Assembly (NCBI GenBank): GCA_013265495.1
Contig: MU058687.1
Span: 2,482,001-2,546,000 of the forward strand
DNA length: 64,000 nt
Direction: 5' to 3'
Source: Vicugna vicugna
Lineage: Eukaryota
Both the position numbers and the translations under genes were made by a program. Numbering within the stretch: the stretch's first letter is position 1; every line of letters begins with the position of its first letter. Positions 50,801 to 64,000 of the stretch are shown piece after piece. A model generated the notes under the pieces. That model was not told where the DNA came from and searched no databases. It saw only the letters and a list, made by a program, of their open reading frames with translations.

Positions 50801-53800
50801 AATGACCCAGGACAAACAGATCCCACTGTGCTATTACTGCTCTGATTTTTTAAGTAAGTCCAGGTCTTCCTGGTTCTTTCCTTTCTGGAGAGACTAAAGG
50901 ATATGGGTCTTCCTTGGATTCTTTTAACAAATTCAGTTGACTTGACAAGAATTTCACTTCCGTCCAACCATACGGTCACAGATATTAGGGCAATATTATC
51001 CCTTTATTGCACACAGATGAGGGAGGCAGGGATCCAGGAAAAAGCGACAAGAAGGAAACCAGTATGCATTGTCTATAACCACGTGCTGGGCATTTATATG
51101 GCTATCTCCAACCTACACAGCCAGATGTGCTGAATCCCTAGTTGCTGAATCTAGGGCAGTATTCTTCCCACAGTACCTGCCCTCAGATGATCCTATATGT
51201 GGCCTTCTCTCAGGAGACTCATGGGGAAGGGGAAGGTCTAACGGCACCATTTGCATAGGAGCATGTGACACAGCCCTGCTGGGGACCATAACAGGGAAAT
51301 TAGATCCATCTCTATCCAGTTACCTGCCCAATTGTCTTTGACCCCACTCTTGGGGGAACCCATACACAGAATCCCATGTAAAGGGCACACAAGGAAAAAG
51401 CAGGTACCAGATAAATTACAAAATAGCAAGTTGGTTTTTAGTTCCTTTGCTCTCTTGAGCCTGGGAGTTCCATGCTCCCACCTGCCTCACTTGTACCCTG
51501 TTGACATGCCTGTCCTGATCCTCAGGACACCAGGTACCATATGCTCCATCTGATAAATTTACCCAAGTTCCTGGAGTCAGCAAGAGAGCCAGGGAAGCAG
51601 TGTTAACTGAGGCCTTCTGGAGCTAAGTTTAGCACTTAGCATGCAATCCTCACTGACTTGCATCCAGGGAACTTTAAGCCAAGGGGGATAGATACCAGCC
51701 CACAGGGAGAAGGGGCTGTTTGCACCCTCCACATCACATCCTGGCAGATCAGGGAACCCCACTTCGGGGTCCTGTGACTCCAGCCTGTTGGCTTATGCCC
51801 TAAAGAATTCTCTTCTTGTCTCTTGGTGTCCAACACAGGCTCCTCCAAGGTCAGAACAGGGTACTGGTGTCTCTGCTTCTTCTGACAGCCAGTGATAGCT
51901 ATGCAAGCTGCTGGGGCCATCACCTCCAAGATTCTGCCTCTTCTTTGGAGCTTCCCCTTCTCTCTGGTCCCCAGCTCTTGCTCCTCCCAACCATACCCAT
52001 CCCTGGGGGAAGGGAGTGCAAACTCAGCCCTGCTCATCTCCCACCCTCCCAGCCAAGGAAGGTCTCCTTCAGGAGCTCATCTGGCCCTGATCCTCGAGTG
52101 CTGGATTGGAAAGGAGGCCCATCCCTAAGGAGGGCTGATGTTGAGCAGAGCCAAGGCCAGTTCACTTGCAGGATAAAAGAGGCTTGGATCTGGAGGTAAG
52201 AATTCCAGCAGAGCAGCTGCTCAGCCCCAGGCTGGAGAAGTCACAGTCAAAAGGAGGGGACAGGGCTCAGGACAGGGACACAGTCTCCTCCCTGGAAGAT
52301 GCAGGCATCCCTTGCTTTCAGATAAATCAGTTACGGGCTGTCCCATGCATAATAAAAGGAACCTGCACTTGTTTAAAAAAAAAAAGAAGAAGAAGAGTGA
52401 CAACAGGATTCTCTGAACAGTGTTTCTGGACCCTCCCCCAGGGAAAGCACTCAGATTTTGGGACCAGCTCTCTTGGCCTTGTTTCCAAGCCCACGCCTAT
52501 GGCTTCGGTGCTCCCACACTGCTGGGGCTCCTAGGAATCAGAAGACACCAAGAAGGTTTCAAGGCAAACCAGGCTGGGTGGATTTCAAGACACGAGCTCT
52601 GCTAAGCAAATCCAGAAGGCACTTTCCAGAAGTGACAGCAGAAATGCCATAATGCAAATTGTGAAAAATCAGAGCAGCGTGTGTAAGGCTAGTCACAGTG
52701 CATTATTCTCCCTTTTATGTATTTAATTTTGGGGCATCTCAGTCGGGCCTCGATGGGCTGGAGCTGACCAGAGGTAGGGGAGACGGATTCACAGCTCAGA
52801 GCAGAAGGTGGAAAGGCCAGAGAAAGGAGCTGAAGGAGAAACAGCCAGGGAGAAACAGAAAAGCTGGGGGACTCCCTAGGACTTGCCGCTCCAGAGCTGA
52901 ACTTGCAGCTCTGACAAAGCTGACTTTAAGCCGACCTTCAGCAGTGCTTCTTAGCAATGTACACCGGGCAATCGCTGGTAAATCTTTATTAATTTTAATT
53001 GGCGGCACCCATTTATAAGAACCATTAAAAAGGATAAATTGAGCCCATCCGGCGTAATGTCTTTTGTTAATTAGTTTGTCAGCACTGTTTTAATATCCCC
53101 TAATGACTTCATATTTCAGACCTGACATTAAAGGAGACGCTGTGAGAAAGGAAATGGTCTTATCACAGTGTACTGTAACGTTTTTCTTTTTTGAACAAAA
53201 AGTGTCCTTCCAAATGCTGACCAAGGTTAGATGTCATTTAATTCTCCAAGGTAGGTGCCCGAGGACTTCTGAGGCCCCCGATTCTGTATCCAGGTCCTGC
53301 CACCCCATCATTTCTCAACTTGCCTCTTTTCCTCCAACCATCCCCCAAACATTCATTCACTTCTCCCTTCCTCCCTTCCTGTATTCAACAAACAGTTTTT
53401 GAGCCCCTCAGAATCAGGGAAATAATCTGGGATAAGTCAAGCAAGACAGAGATACTTTCAAGAAAAAGACGTCAACATTTTGCATTTTCCATCCCACTGC
53501 AGGGCTCTTCTCACAAATTCAAAGCCATCATTTTCATTTGGGCAGGAAACAGAATATGAATGAGAAGAGAAAGAAAGACAAATACTTCCGATGGGCCTTG
53601 ACTCCTGGTTCCAAAGAGTTTTGCTCTAAAATCAAATGAAAAGCAAAACTGACACCCAGGTGGTCGCCCAAGGAAGGAGCACAGGTTTGAGAGAGAGAGA
53701 GAGAGAGAAGCGTGTTTGGGTCCCAGCACACCCCTGCTTTAGCTAGCTTCGCCATGGGGTTCAAAAGAGAGGGCACAGAATGAAGCGCTGGAAAGTTGGA

Positions 53801-55471
53801 AGCTTTTAGAATTATTTACACATCTCTAAAGTCTAAACACAAAAGGAGAAATTAAGCTTTGCTAATGTGTAAAGAAAAATTTCATGCCTTCCCTGTGCCT
53901 TGGTCAGCGTGTCCAAGGGCCACAGGTGACCCAGGGTGAGGGGTGAGTGAGGCATTGAGGGGGAAGTCAGCAGTGGAGCACCCCCCCCCCCACCGCCGGC
54001 TCTCTGTGTTGTCCCGCTGCACTTTACCTTTGCCTCGTTCAGGGACTTAACGGGTAATATGACCCAGGTTTAACTGAATCACACTCAGAAAAAGCACCAT
54101 TAGAAACTGTAGCTTAAACCGCAGGTTGACATGAAAAAATGACAGAGCTGCAACTTCTTCCAGGCCTGGTACAAGCTCTTTGTCAACCATATTAGGAGGT
54201 AAAAGTAATGTTGCACTAATCACATCTGACAAGCCATTGGCCAAAAAAAAAAAAAAAAAAAAAAAAGAGAGAGAGAAGTATGAAAAATTATCAAGAAAGC
54301 TATGTGAAATGTGGATTTACATCCACTATTATTCACAGTAAACTTTGCCCTTAGGCATATCCTGTGCCTTGAAATATTAACTAATTAGTCCCATAAGTAG
54401 GACTAATTTATGCTTTATGGATAAGTAAATAGACATAAATGGAGGTGCATACAAGTTCAAAAACATTCTGACTGATAGCGTATACAACCATAAATGTCTG
54501 GGGACCACCCAAGTGTGGGACGCACTTAACCTCCTGGATCCTCGGGTTTCTCACCTGTAAAATGGTAATAATATCACCTACCATGTAGGCTGTTCTAATG
54601 ACTAGACGTAAAGCATTTTAAAGGCCCATCGCAGAGCCTGGCACCGGGTAGAGCTACCCTTATCATCTTCATCATCCTCATCTTCAGCATCACACCAGCA
54701 AGCAAGCAGCCCTTCCAACACAGTTTACAGCAATCTGTGAATCACGGAAAATTTAGAAACAAACAAACAAAACTAAGGTCCCCTTAAAAGAGACAGTAAG
54801 AGTTTCTCGCAGGGCTTAAGCTCTCTGGATGTACTTTCTCAGAAGAACTTCCTTCTCTCTGCTACACACTATGGATGCTGGACAGCAGGGCCTCGGCAGC
54901 TCCAGCAGACAGATCATGCATAGGAAGGAGGAGGCCTCAGGTGGACCACCTGTCTACAGGAGTGGCTGCTTCTCAGCGCCCTGCAGAAGTAGCCTTGTCG
55001 GAAGGTGGGCAGATCAGAAATGTAGATACCTTTAGGTGAAATCTTACATTTTTTAAACCTTGCATTTGTCTGTTACAGGGCCTTAAAATAGCACTTTCAG
55101 CCATATTTTTGGGGTTCTTGCAGGGTTTTCGCCTTAAGGGGTGTCCTATTGAAAACCAAATGTTCATGAGTGCATTTGGTCTCCACTAATATCTAAAAAG
55201 AGATTTACAAGTCAGCCTTTTGAGAGTGAAATCAAAGCCAAGGGCGAGGGAAGCAGGGGTAGGGTAGGGAAGAGGAGGAAAGGGCTAAAAGACAAAGTGG
55301 GGGATCCTAAGAGTCTGTTTCACCTTACCCACACCCACACCCCAGCTTCGCTGAGACTGGCTCTTGGTCTCGAAGAGGGATTATTTGCTTTTGAATATCT
55401 ACACCTTCTCCCTTTCCTCCTACATCCTCTCACTCCCCAACTCTCCCCAAACTCTTCTCCCCAAGATCTAA

Positions 55472-55496
55472 ACACACACACACACACACACACACA
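55472..55496. repeat. (CA)n microsatellite
   Basis: Seen directly. Confidence 0.95.
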
Positions 55497-55974
55497 TGTA
55501 CACCCCTCAAAATTTTTAGAGCTCTGAATTTTTAAGAAAAGGTTAGGATGAAAACAAGATTTAAAAAACCACTAGATTTTAATATAGGACAAATTTGAGA
55601 GGAAAAATGTTGTGTATATATACGTATGCAAATGATGTGTATTGTTTACAACTTTCAGCAACAACTACTCTCATTCTCCAAAAATAAATCTCTATTAGCG
55701 CATGCTATGAACTCAACCTCGTGCTAAGTGCCAAAGATACTAAGAAGAACTAGGATAGTAATCTTTGTCTTCAAGGAGCTCACCATTTAGGTAGCAACAC
55801 CAACAAACACACCAGTATAGACAAACTGTCACACATTTTAACAGAGGTAAATCTACGGGAACGTAGCTGAGAAGGGTACCCTGCTCCCTTCCCAATCTGT
55901 TCCACTGGGGAAGTTGGTTTAGCAAAGACTTCATAACGGGAGTGCACCATAAACTAAATAGTTTTTAAAACCTT

Positions 55975-58400
55975 TTTTTTTTTTTACTGTGCAATTGCAT
56001 CATAGGGAAAAGAGTATAAATGATGCACACGCACCATTTAAAAACAACAAATCAACTTCGGTGAACCCACGATCCAGCCTAAGGAACAGAACAGCTTCCA
56101 TATCTTGAAGTCCCTCTGAGTGCCCTTTTCTGGGATCATCCTTATGTTTTATTAACCAGTCCTTTGTTTTTACCTATAATTTTACCACATATGTATATCA
56201 CCAAACTATATACTCTTTTTGTTTGCTTGGTTTTGAATTTTATGTGAATGAAATAATGCAGTATTATTATTCTGAGATGCGAGTTTTTATACTCAACCTT
56301 TTTTGTTTTTTTTAAATTATCTATATTCATATATGTAGCTACAGTTAATTAGTTTTTATTGATATATTGTAGTCTGCTGTATGAACATACCCTAATTTAT
56401 TAATCCGTTTCACCACTGATAACTATTTGGTTGTCTCCAGTTTTTTGTTATTATAAACAGGGATGTTATGAACATTCTTCTATAAGTCCCCTGGTAATTA
56501 TGTCCCCTACAAGAGGAAATACTGGGTTGTCACTGGTATATAGGAATGCAGTTGGCTTAAACTGCAATAACTTTACTAAATGCTCTCATTAATTTTAAAA
56601 TTTTACCTGTAAATTGTTCAGTATTTTTTATAGACAACCATATCATCTGAAAATGATAAATTTGTTTCTTTCTTTCAAATTCCTATATATTTTTTCTTCT
56701 CTTACTATAATTAAGACCTCTAATACGATGTTGTATGGAAGTGATGAGAGCTGACATCCATGTCTAACTTCTGACCTTAAAGAGAGTGCTTTCAACATTT
56801 TACAATTAATTGTGCTATTGCATGTCTTTAAAAATACATTGTTCATATTTTAAAATATTAAGTTTCCTTTATTAGGTTAAAGAAAATTCCTTCTATTCAT
56901 AAATTTGCTAAGAGTTTTTATCATGATTGAATTTTAAATTTTGCCGAAAGTTTCTCTGCTTAAAAAAAAAATTGTATGATTTTTTTCACCTTAAATTTGT
57001 TAATATGGTGAATTACCTTATTCAGTTGTCGAACATTAAACTGATCTTGCATTCATAGGACAAACCCAATTGGTCATTATCTATGTTAATGTCTGTAGCT
57101 ACAATTAATTAGTTTTTGATAATGTATAGTAGTTTGAACTATTTTAGTGCCTTCTAGTCTTAGCTGGCTGTGCTTTTGCCAATATAGCTCTCACAAAGAC
57201 TTTTTTGGGTTTCCAACTTATCTGATTCTTGTTTGCTTCATGCCATAGAACCATATTCACAATTCTTTTTTAGATAGGGCTCTTATTACTTTTGGAAAAT
57301 TAAAACTCTTTTGTCTAACTGAGAGGGTCTAATAAAACCACCATACACTTGAAAAGTCTTATTATCTAAGGGTCCTATAGCCATACCCATGACTCTCTAC
57401 TTACCCTGAGGCCAATTCCTCAAAAATAATTTACTGCCTTGAGGGACTGGAATTAAGATATAGTTTTGGCTCCCAGCCCATTAAGTCTTGACTTCTCTAT
57501 AGTCACTGTAAATTTTTTTTACAAACTGAATGAGTCTTTCTTTAGCTCATCTCTCTCTTCCCATGCCTTACCATTGGCAGCCATAAGAAACTGACACTTT
57601 CCACATTCTGCCTGAAAATCATCTTATCAAAGTCCAATTTCTTTACATCTTACTAGCATTTGATATTGTCACTAACTTGTATTTGAGCTGTTCTGATACA
57701 TGTACAGTAGTTTCTCATGGTGGTGTTAAATTACACTTCCTTGTAGTTAGTGTTATTGAGTATCTTTTCATGTATTTATTTTCTATCTGTACATAATTTT
57801 CAGTGAAATGTCTCTTTGTGCCTTTTGCCCACTTTCTAATTGAATTGTTGGCTTTTTGATTGTTGGGTTTTGACAGTTTTTTAAAAATATATTCTAAGTA
57901 CTAGTCCTTTGTCAGACGTAGTTTGCAAATATTTTCTGCCAGTCTGTAGCTTGTTTTTTTAATCTTCTTAACAAGGTCTTTTGCAGAGAAAAACATTTTT
58001 GTACAATTTATTTTACATATTTATCTTGTGGGGCAGGTAATTAGGTTTATTTATTTATTTTTAATGGAGGTACTGGTGATTGGACCCAGTACCTCATGCA
58101 TGCTAAAGACACACTCTACCACTTTGCTATACCCTCCCTCTGAAAATATTTTTTATTTTCATGAAGCTTAACTTATTGACCACTTCCTTTATGGTTTATG
58201 ATTTTGGCGTCATATTTAAGAACCTGTGAGCAAGCTGTAGGTCCCAAAGATTTTCTCCTATGTTACCTGCTAAAAGTTTTATAACTTTAAATTTAAATAT
58301 ATGATCCACTTTGAATTAATTTTGTAAGGTATGAAAACAATGAGCTTCATTTTTTGGCTTATGGAGATCCAATTGCTCCAGCATCATTTTTTTTTTTAAT
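55975..58400 (-). mobile_element. Composite of old L1 fragments (L1ME/L1MC-like) with a probable LTR-derived insert (about 57140-57660) and a SINE
   Basis: T-rich reverse L1 strings (tttgcaaatattttctgccagtctgtagcttg, atccaattgctccagcatcattt); minus ORF MLKALSLRSEVRHGCQLSSLPYNIVLEVL is a decayed L1 reverse transcriptase motif. Confidence 0.75.
58001..58140 (-). mobile_element. tRNA-derived SINE, vic-1-like, long-tail form, inserted in L1
   Basis: ggggcaggtaattaggtttatttatttatttttaatggaggtactgg...ctctaccactttgctataccctccc. Confidence 0.9.
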
Positions 58401-58879
58401 GTTAAGAGATTCTGAATCTTATTTAAATTCTCTATTTTCAGAGACCCCTGGCACTGCTCCAGTTGGGGAAAGAGGTACTACCTCATTACTGTCAGGTGGG
58501 AGTGGAAGTTCAGATTCCTCACTGCCTCCATTGACATCTGGGGGAGCCTGGGAAACATAGTGGGAACAGCTCCCAGTGTAAAAAGCAGAATGATAGATTA
58601 CAGAGTTTGCAGGCCCAAGATCAGTTCAAGAAAATACTTAAGTAAAGTTAATGTCTTATACAAGTGTTAGCTATAACATTAGGATATGTGGAGTGAAGTG
58701 CACACTCACCACCCCTTAAAAAAAATCACCCATTCTAAAATCCCATTTTACAGATGAGCCCACTGAGGCTAAGAGGGAGACTCAAATGAATGTCAGAAAT
58801 ACTCATGAAACCTCAAACAATTCTGAAGTATGCAGTTATGATTAAAACGATTGCAGAGAGGAATAAGGTATAACAGTAA

Positions 58880-59280
58880 GTGAACCAATCACCAGTGTGA
58901 TTCTGAAACTGGGGTCATAAAAGGCACTGGACTCCCTCCTTGTTTTCTCTCTCAGACCACCCACTCCAAGAGAAACCAGCCACCATGTTATGAAGATACA
59001 TCAGGAACTAAAGCTTCCCACCAGCAGCCAGCAAAGAACAGAGACTTCCTGTCAAGGACCCTGAGTGAACCACCTTGGAAGCAGCTCCTCCCTCCTCACT
59101 CAGGCTTTCATATGACACAGTTCCACTGGACATCTTGACCACAGCCTCATGAGAGACCATAAGCCCAAACCACCCAGTTAAGCCACTCCCAAATTCCCAC
59201 AGACTCTAAGATAATAAATATCTGTTGTCTTCATCACTAAGTTTTGGATGCAATCTGCTATGCATCAATAGATAATAACA
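58880..59280 (+). mobile_element. MaLR LTR, MLT1F-like
   Basis: gccaccatgttatgaag...gacatcttgaccacagcctcatgagagacc...cactaagttttgg...gcatcaatagataataaca. Confidence 0.7.
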
Positions 59281-59577
59281 TGGTGAATCATTATCATAAG
59301 ACCTTTTAAAATCTTTTTTCATTTCCCTTTCTTGCCACCTCAGCAATCAAGGCTGCTGCAGTCCATTTCAACATGTGTCAAAATCTCATAAAGAGGGCTG
59401 AGTCTTGATCCCTTCTGTTCCAACTATGCCACGCCCCATGTAGCAACTGCTAAACTCCACCCACCAGTGCATATATGGGAGTGGCAACAGGACACCCCAC
59501 CCTGCACAGTTGGACCTCAGGCCCTGGTTCAGTAAAATTTTTTGTCTATTCTACTTCCACAGAGCAAGGAGGTATTT

Positions 59578-60452
59578 TTTTTAATTGAACTATAGTTGAT
59601 TTACAATGTTGTGTTAGTTTCTGGTGTATAGCATAGAGATTCAGTTATACATATAAATATTTTTTCATATTCTTTTTCATTATAGGTATTACAAGGTATT
59701 GAATATAGTTCCCTGTGCTACACAGTAGGACCTTGTTATCTATTTTACATATAGTAGTTTATATCTGCAAGTCCCAAACTCCTAATTTATCCCTCCCCAG
59801 TCCTCTCCCCTTTGGTAACCATAAGTTTGTTTTCTATGTCTGTGTGTCTGTTTCTGTTTTGTAAATAAGTTCATTTGTGTCATTTTTTAGATTCCACATA
59901 TGAATGACATATAATACTTGTCTTTCTCTGACTTACTTCACTTAATATGATCATTCCTAGGTCCATCCATGTTGCTATAAATAGCACTATGTCATTCTTT
60001 TTTATGGCTGAGTAGTATTCTGTTATCTATAGATATATCACATCTTTTTTATCCATTATCTGTTGATGGACATTTAGGTTGCTTCCATGTATTGGCTAAT
60101 GTAAATAATGCTTCTATGAAAATTGGGGTGCATGTATCTTTTTGAATTAGAGTTCCCTTTGAATATATGCCCAGGAGTGGGATTGCTGGATCATATGGTA
60201 AGTCTATTTTCAGTTTCTTAAGGAATCTCCATACTGCTTTGCATAGTGGCTGCACCAATTTAACAGTCCCACCAACAGTGTAGGAGAGTTCCCTTTTCTC
60301 CACACCCTCTCCAGCATTTATCATTTGTGGACTTTTTAACGACATCTATTCTGACCAGTGTGAGGTGATACCTCACTGTGGTTCTGATTTGCATTTCTCT
60401 GATAATTAGCGATATGGAACATCTTTTCAGGTACCTATTGGCCATCTGTAAC
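59578..60452 (-). mobile_element. 5'-truncated younger L1 (ORF2 C-terminal region plus 3' UTR)
   Basis: Minus [27 protein letters not shown]...DTCTPIFIEALFTLANTWKQPKCPS is L1 ORF2; TSD agcaaggaggtattt / agcaatgaggtattt (59563-59577 and 60453-60467). Confidence 0.95.
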
Positions 60453-62975
60453 AGCAATGAGGTATTTACCTGCTTTACATTTGTGTATCCTGAGAGTCTA
60501 AGTGAGATTTTCTTTCAGAACAACCAGACTGCACCCCAGGCTAAACTGACAGTTGACTTCCAGTGACAGAAGACTGCTAGCAAATTTTATAGGTCAGCTC
60601 TCCAATTTCAAAAAGCTAAAGAATTTTGGAAGAAGTGTTTCTATTAGGTCACAGTTGTGATATTATTTCCATTGAGCCACCCCTTCAGGGACAGAGCAGA
60701 AAGTTTTAACTGTGACTTCTGAGAGGTAACCAGTTTACTCACCCGCTGCTCCCCAACCCAACACACAGACACACAGAGGTAACACGGAACACACCACCCG
60801 CCGCTGAATAAAGGGACTCCTGCTATAAATATCTGACAGTTATTCTTGGAAAAAGCAGGGCTCGCCTCCCACCGTGGGAGCTAGAAAAAGGATGTGTGAC
60901 CTAATCCTGGGACCCGTGAAGATGCACAGAAGTGGGGACCATGGAGATCCTGCCTTGGTGGCAATATCTAGTTTCCAGGGCCAGCAGGTGGCCATGTCCA
61001 CAGCCCTACTCTTGTGTCTGGCAGTGAGGCCAGGCAAATGGGGCATGCAGTGTTCAACAGCAGTGGCAGCAGGTTGTCATCATCAGCCTGGTGCATGGCA
61101 CCATCGCTGCACTTCTGGGTGCCTGGTCTCCATATCTGCCCAGAATGACTGCCCAGCCTTCCCAGACAGCCAGGGGCTTCCCAACATCCCTTCCAAAAGC
61201 ACTCCTTTCTGTAGCTTGCTATTAAAACCTTAGATGAGAATCCGTTCCTTCCCTAGACCAGACCAACAAAACTTGGATGTAAATTCAAGGCTGACTGAGT
61301 GAATTCATGAAACCCCAAGCCCCTAAATTAACTGTCATCATCACCAATTAATGGTTGTTTTCCATGAACTGTGTGTTGATGTAGGCAATGTGCTACCCTA
61401 GAAATGATTTTTTTTTTAAGTGTAACCTTTTTCAGAAGAAAAAAAAAGCTACACAGGTAAAGGCTTAGGGAGACAAAAATCCAGAAAACCAAAGCAAAAA
61501 ATGAAACATGATTTATGAACTTGAGTACATAAGAAGCACAGAAACACAATCTTCAAAGACATTGCAAAAAAGAAGAGAATAAAGGAAAATGTCGCTTCTT
61601 TATTAGATGGGGACAGAGAGGAATGAGTAGCAGATGATAGGAAGAAATACAAAATAACATTTTGATCTGGTTTGTGCTTGATCCATATCAAAAAAATGAT
61701 GAGGTGCAGAAAAGTCTAGTTAACACAAGGACTTGGAGAAAGGAAGGACAAAGTTGCAGACAGCTTGCAACTAGGTCAGAAACTAAGAAAAATTCATTTG
61801 AATGAACTGAGTTCCAGCAAACAGGAATCTTAGGAAACAAGTGAAGTCACTGCCAGTGACTGCAAACTCAACAAACACATACAGATTATTATTACTGTGT
61901 TTGCAGTGCTGGTGACTGCAGACATATTCCACTTTATCCTCAAAACAATGCTTTCCAGGAAGAATTCTCACCCTAATCTACAGGTAAAGAAACTGGGTCC
62001 AAAAGTTATGTGATAGGAGTGGCATGGTTGGGGCTGAAATGCCTGGTCCTAGTGCATCCTTCCCACAGCTACCTTCCTAGGTGAGGAGATGGAGAGATGG
62101 GGAGAGAGACAAAGACCCCAGGAGAAGCAGCTATACCCTGAGCCAGATTCAGGGTAGCAGGTGCTGGCGGCAGTAGTGTATTAACAGCTGGCAGAGACAG
62201 AGAAGCCAAAAGTACACTGGGAATCAGATCCTGCCCCAACTCTGCAGCCTACTAGCTGTGTGACCTTGGGAAGATTAATCTCCTGCTCTGGGCTTCAGTT
62301 TCCTACTGAAATGAGGAAATGGGTTCAGATGACCTTTGCCATTCCTTCAAATTCAATGTCTATGATCCTGGCTAGGATTCGAAAATTCATCGATTCTAGG
62401 AAAGCTCATGTATCCTGAGAAACACTATAGGTCCCCATTTCCAGAGCACATATATATTTATCTGGATTTCTGTTGCTTTGCCCAACATCCCTTGTATCCT
62501 CTTTCTGAGTTTAGCACCCTGTCCCAGTTTCATCTTTCCTTTGACGCACTATCCGTTCTGCATTCCATGAGATTCTGATGGGGCTGCCAATCACATTACT
62601 CACCCTATCCCTGGCCTCAGTGACTGGCCCAAAGGTTGGGTACATGACTCAAGAAAAACAGTCAGAATCTTTTCCTGAATGTTGATGTATGGATACAGGG
62701 AGAAAAGAGTGTACTCACTCCTGGAGTCGTAGAACTGATATAAACCTGGACATATTCTTTCATCACCTCCATCCCTACCACCACCCTCCCATATAGATAT
62801 TGCGTCTCTTCTGTCTCACTGAGGAGGCTTATCTAGGGTAGAAGAGAAGCAGAGGCAGGAGACAGTGGGAAGAAGGGAGGCCAGGAACTGTGGAATCACA
62901 CTGCTTGAGCACCAAAGACCATTCAAGGCTTCTTAGCATGGGAATAAATTAGCAGTAAATTCCACATGTTTGGGG

Positions 62976-63463
62976 GTATCAGTTTCCTAAGGCTGCTGTG
63001 CCAAATTACAAGAAACCTGATGGCTTAAAACAACAGAAATTTATTCTCTCATGGTTCTGAAGTCCCGAAGTCTGAAGTCAGTATCATTGGACCAAAATCA
63101 AGGCGTCAGCAGGGCAGTGCTCCTTCCAGAGGCCCCAGGAGAGAATCTGTTCCTGGCTATTTCCAGCTTCTGGTGTGGCTGCTGGCATTCCTCAGCTGTG
63201 GTAACATCACCCCAAATCTCAGCCTCTGGGCTCACATCACCCCCTTTTCAGTCTGAATCAAATATCCCCCTGCCCTCCTTTTAAGACATCTGTGGCGGCC
63301 TTTAGGGCCCACTTGGATAATCCAGCATAATCTCCCCATCGCAAAACCCTTAATTTAATCAAATCTGCAAAGGCCCTTTTCCCAAATAAGGTAATGTGTA
63401 CAGGTTCCAGCGACTAGGACCTGAAATCTTTGGAGGAGGGTGGGGCATTATTCAGTCCATTAC
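62976..63463 (-). mobile_element. MaLR solo LTR, MLT1C/MLT1D-like
   Basis: gtatcagtttcctaaggctgctgtg...ggcttaaaacaacagaaatttattctctcatggttctg...gggcccacttggataatccag. Confidence 0.85.
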
Positions 63464-64000
63464 GGGGTATAAACCAGCTTGAATTACATTTCTATTGTTT
63501 GCTACAGAAAGAGTTGTAACACAATGTCTATTGCTTAAAATTAGGGGAATACCAGATATCAAGAAGAAAATAAAATCCCACCCCACTCAGTCGTTCCACC
63601 ATTGATGAATGCCTAACATAGGACAAGGTGCTGGTTAACAGCAACGAAACTGGCCTGATGTCTAAACCTCGGGGCCTCACAGTCTGATGGAAGAAAAGAA
63701 AAAGAAACAAGTAGACAAACAAACATGAACTGCTGTGAGGAAACTGTGCTAGTGCTGTATTGCCTTCCAGTATGTTTCTATGCATATTTTTCGCTGTTGA
63801 TATATGCAGTTTTATTATCTTAGTTTCTTCACTTGATTTTATATAATTAGCCTTGCCCATGTCATTACACATTCTTCTAAAGCAAGATGTTTATATTGCA
63901 AACATTCCTTTATCTGGATGGGTTGTGGTCTATTTAGGCATTCTCTAATACTGTTTTTAATTACTTTTTACTATCATAAACAATATCGTGATGAACATCT

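Noticed and set aside
60049..60457. ORFs with L1 ORF2 similarity (also 22853-23122, 56643-56846)
   Set aside because: Fragments of 5'-truncated L1s; cannot encode an active protein
60979..60994. Second CTCF-like motif ggccagcaggtggcca
   Set aside because: Mismatch at the 3' end of the core; too weak to call without data

Overview
Repeat-rich mammalian intergenic or intronic DNA, probably from a camelid. That assignment is inferred from five copies of a tRNA-derived SINE resembling the camelid vic-1 family and from artiodactyl-type L1 3' ends. The only recognisable protein-coding sequence is an intronless retrocopy of TPST2 (tyrosylprotein sulfotransferase 2) at about 19746-21647. It has a 5' leader, one in-frame stop (codon 61), a 3-codon deletion, a 3' UTR, an (AAAAT)n tail and a target-site duplication (TSD). 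It sits in a three-level nest: an old L1 tail contains a short 5'-inverted L1 fragment, which contains the retrocopy. The rest is L1, L2, CR1, MIR, MaLR LTRs and hAT MITEs, with several repeat-free islands rich in homeodomain, TALE, FOX and SOX motifs that look like developmental enhancers (conservation untested) and one strong CTCF motif. Repeat family names and the human TPST2 comparison come from my recollection of reference sequences, not from a search. I found no convincing new biological system. The best leads are the residual 307-codon TPST2 ORF lacking the membrane anchor and the enhancer-like islands.
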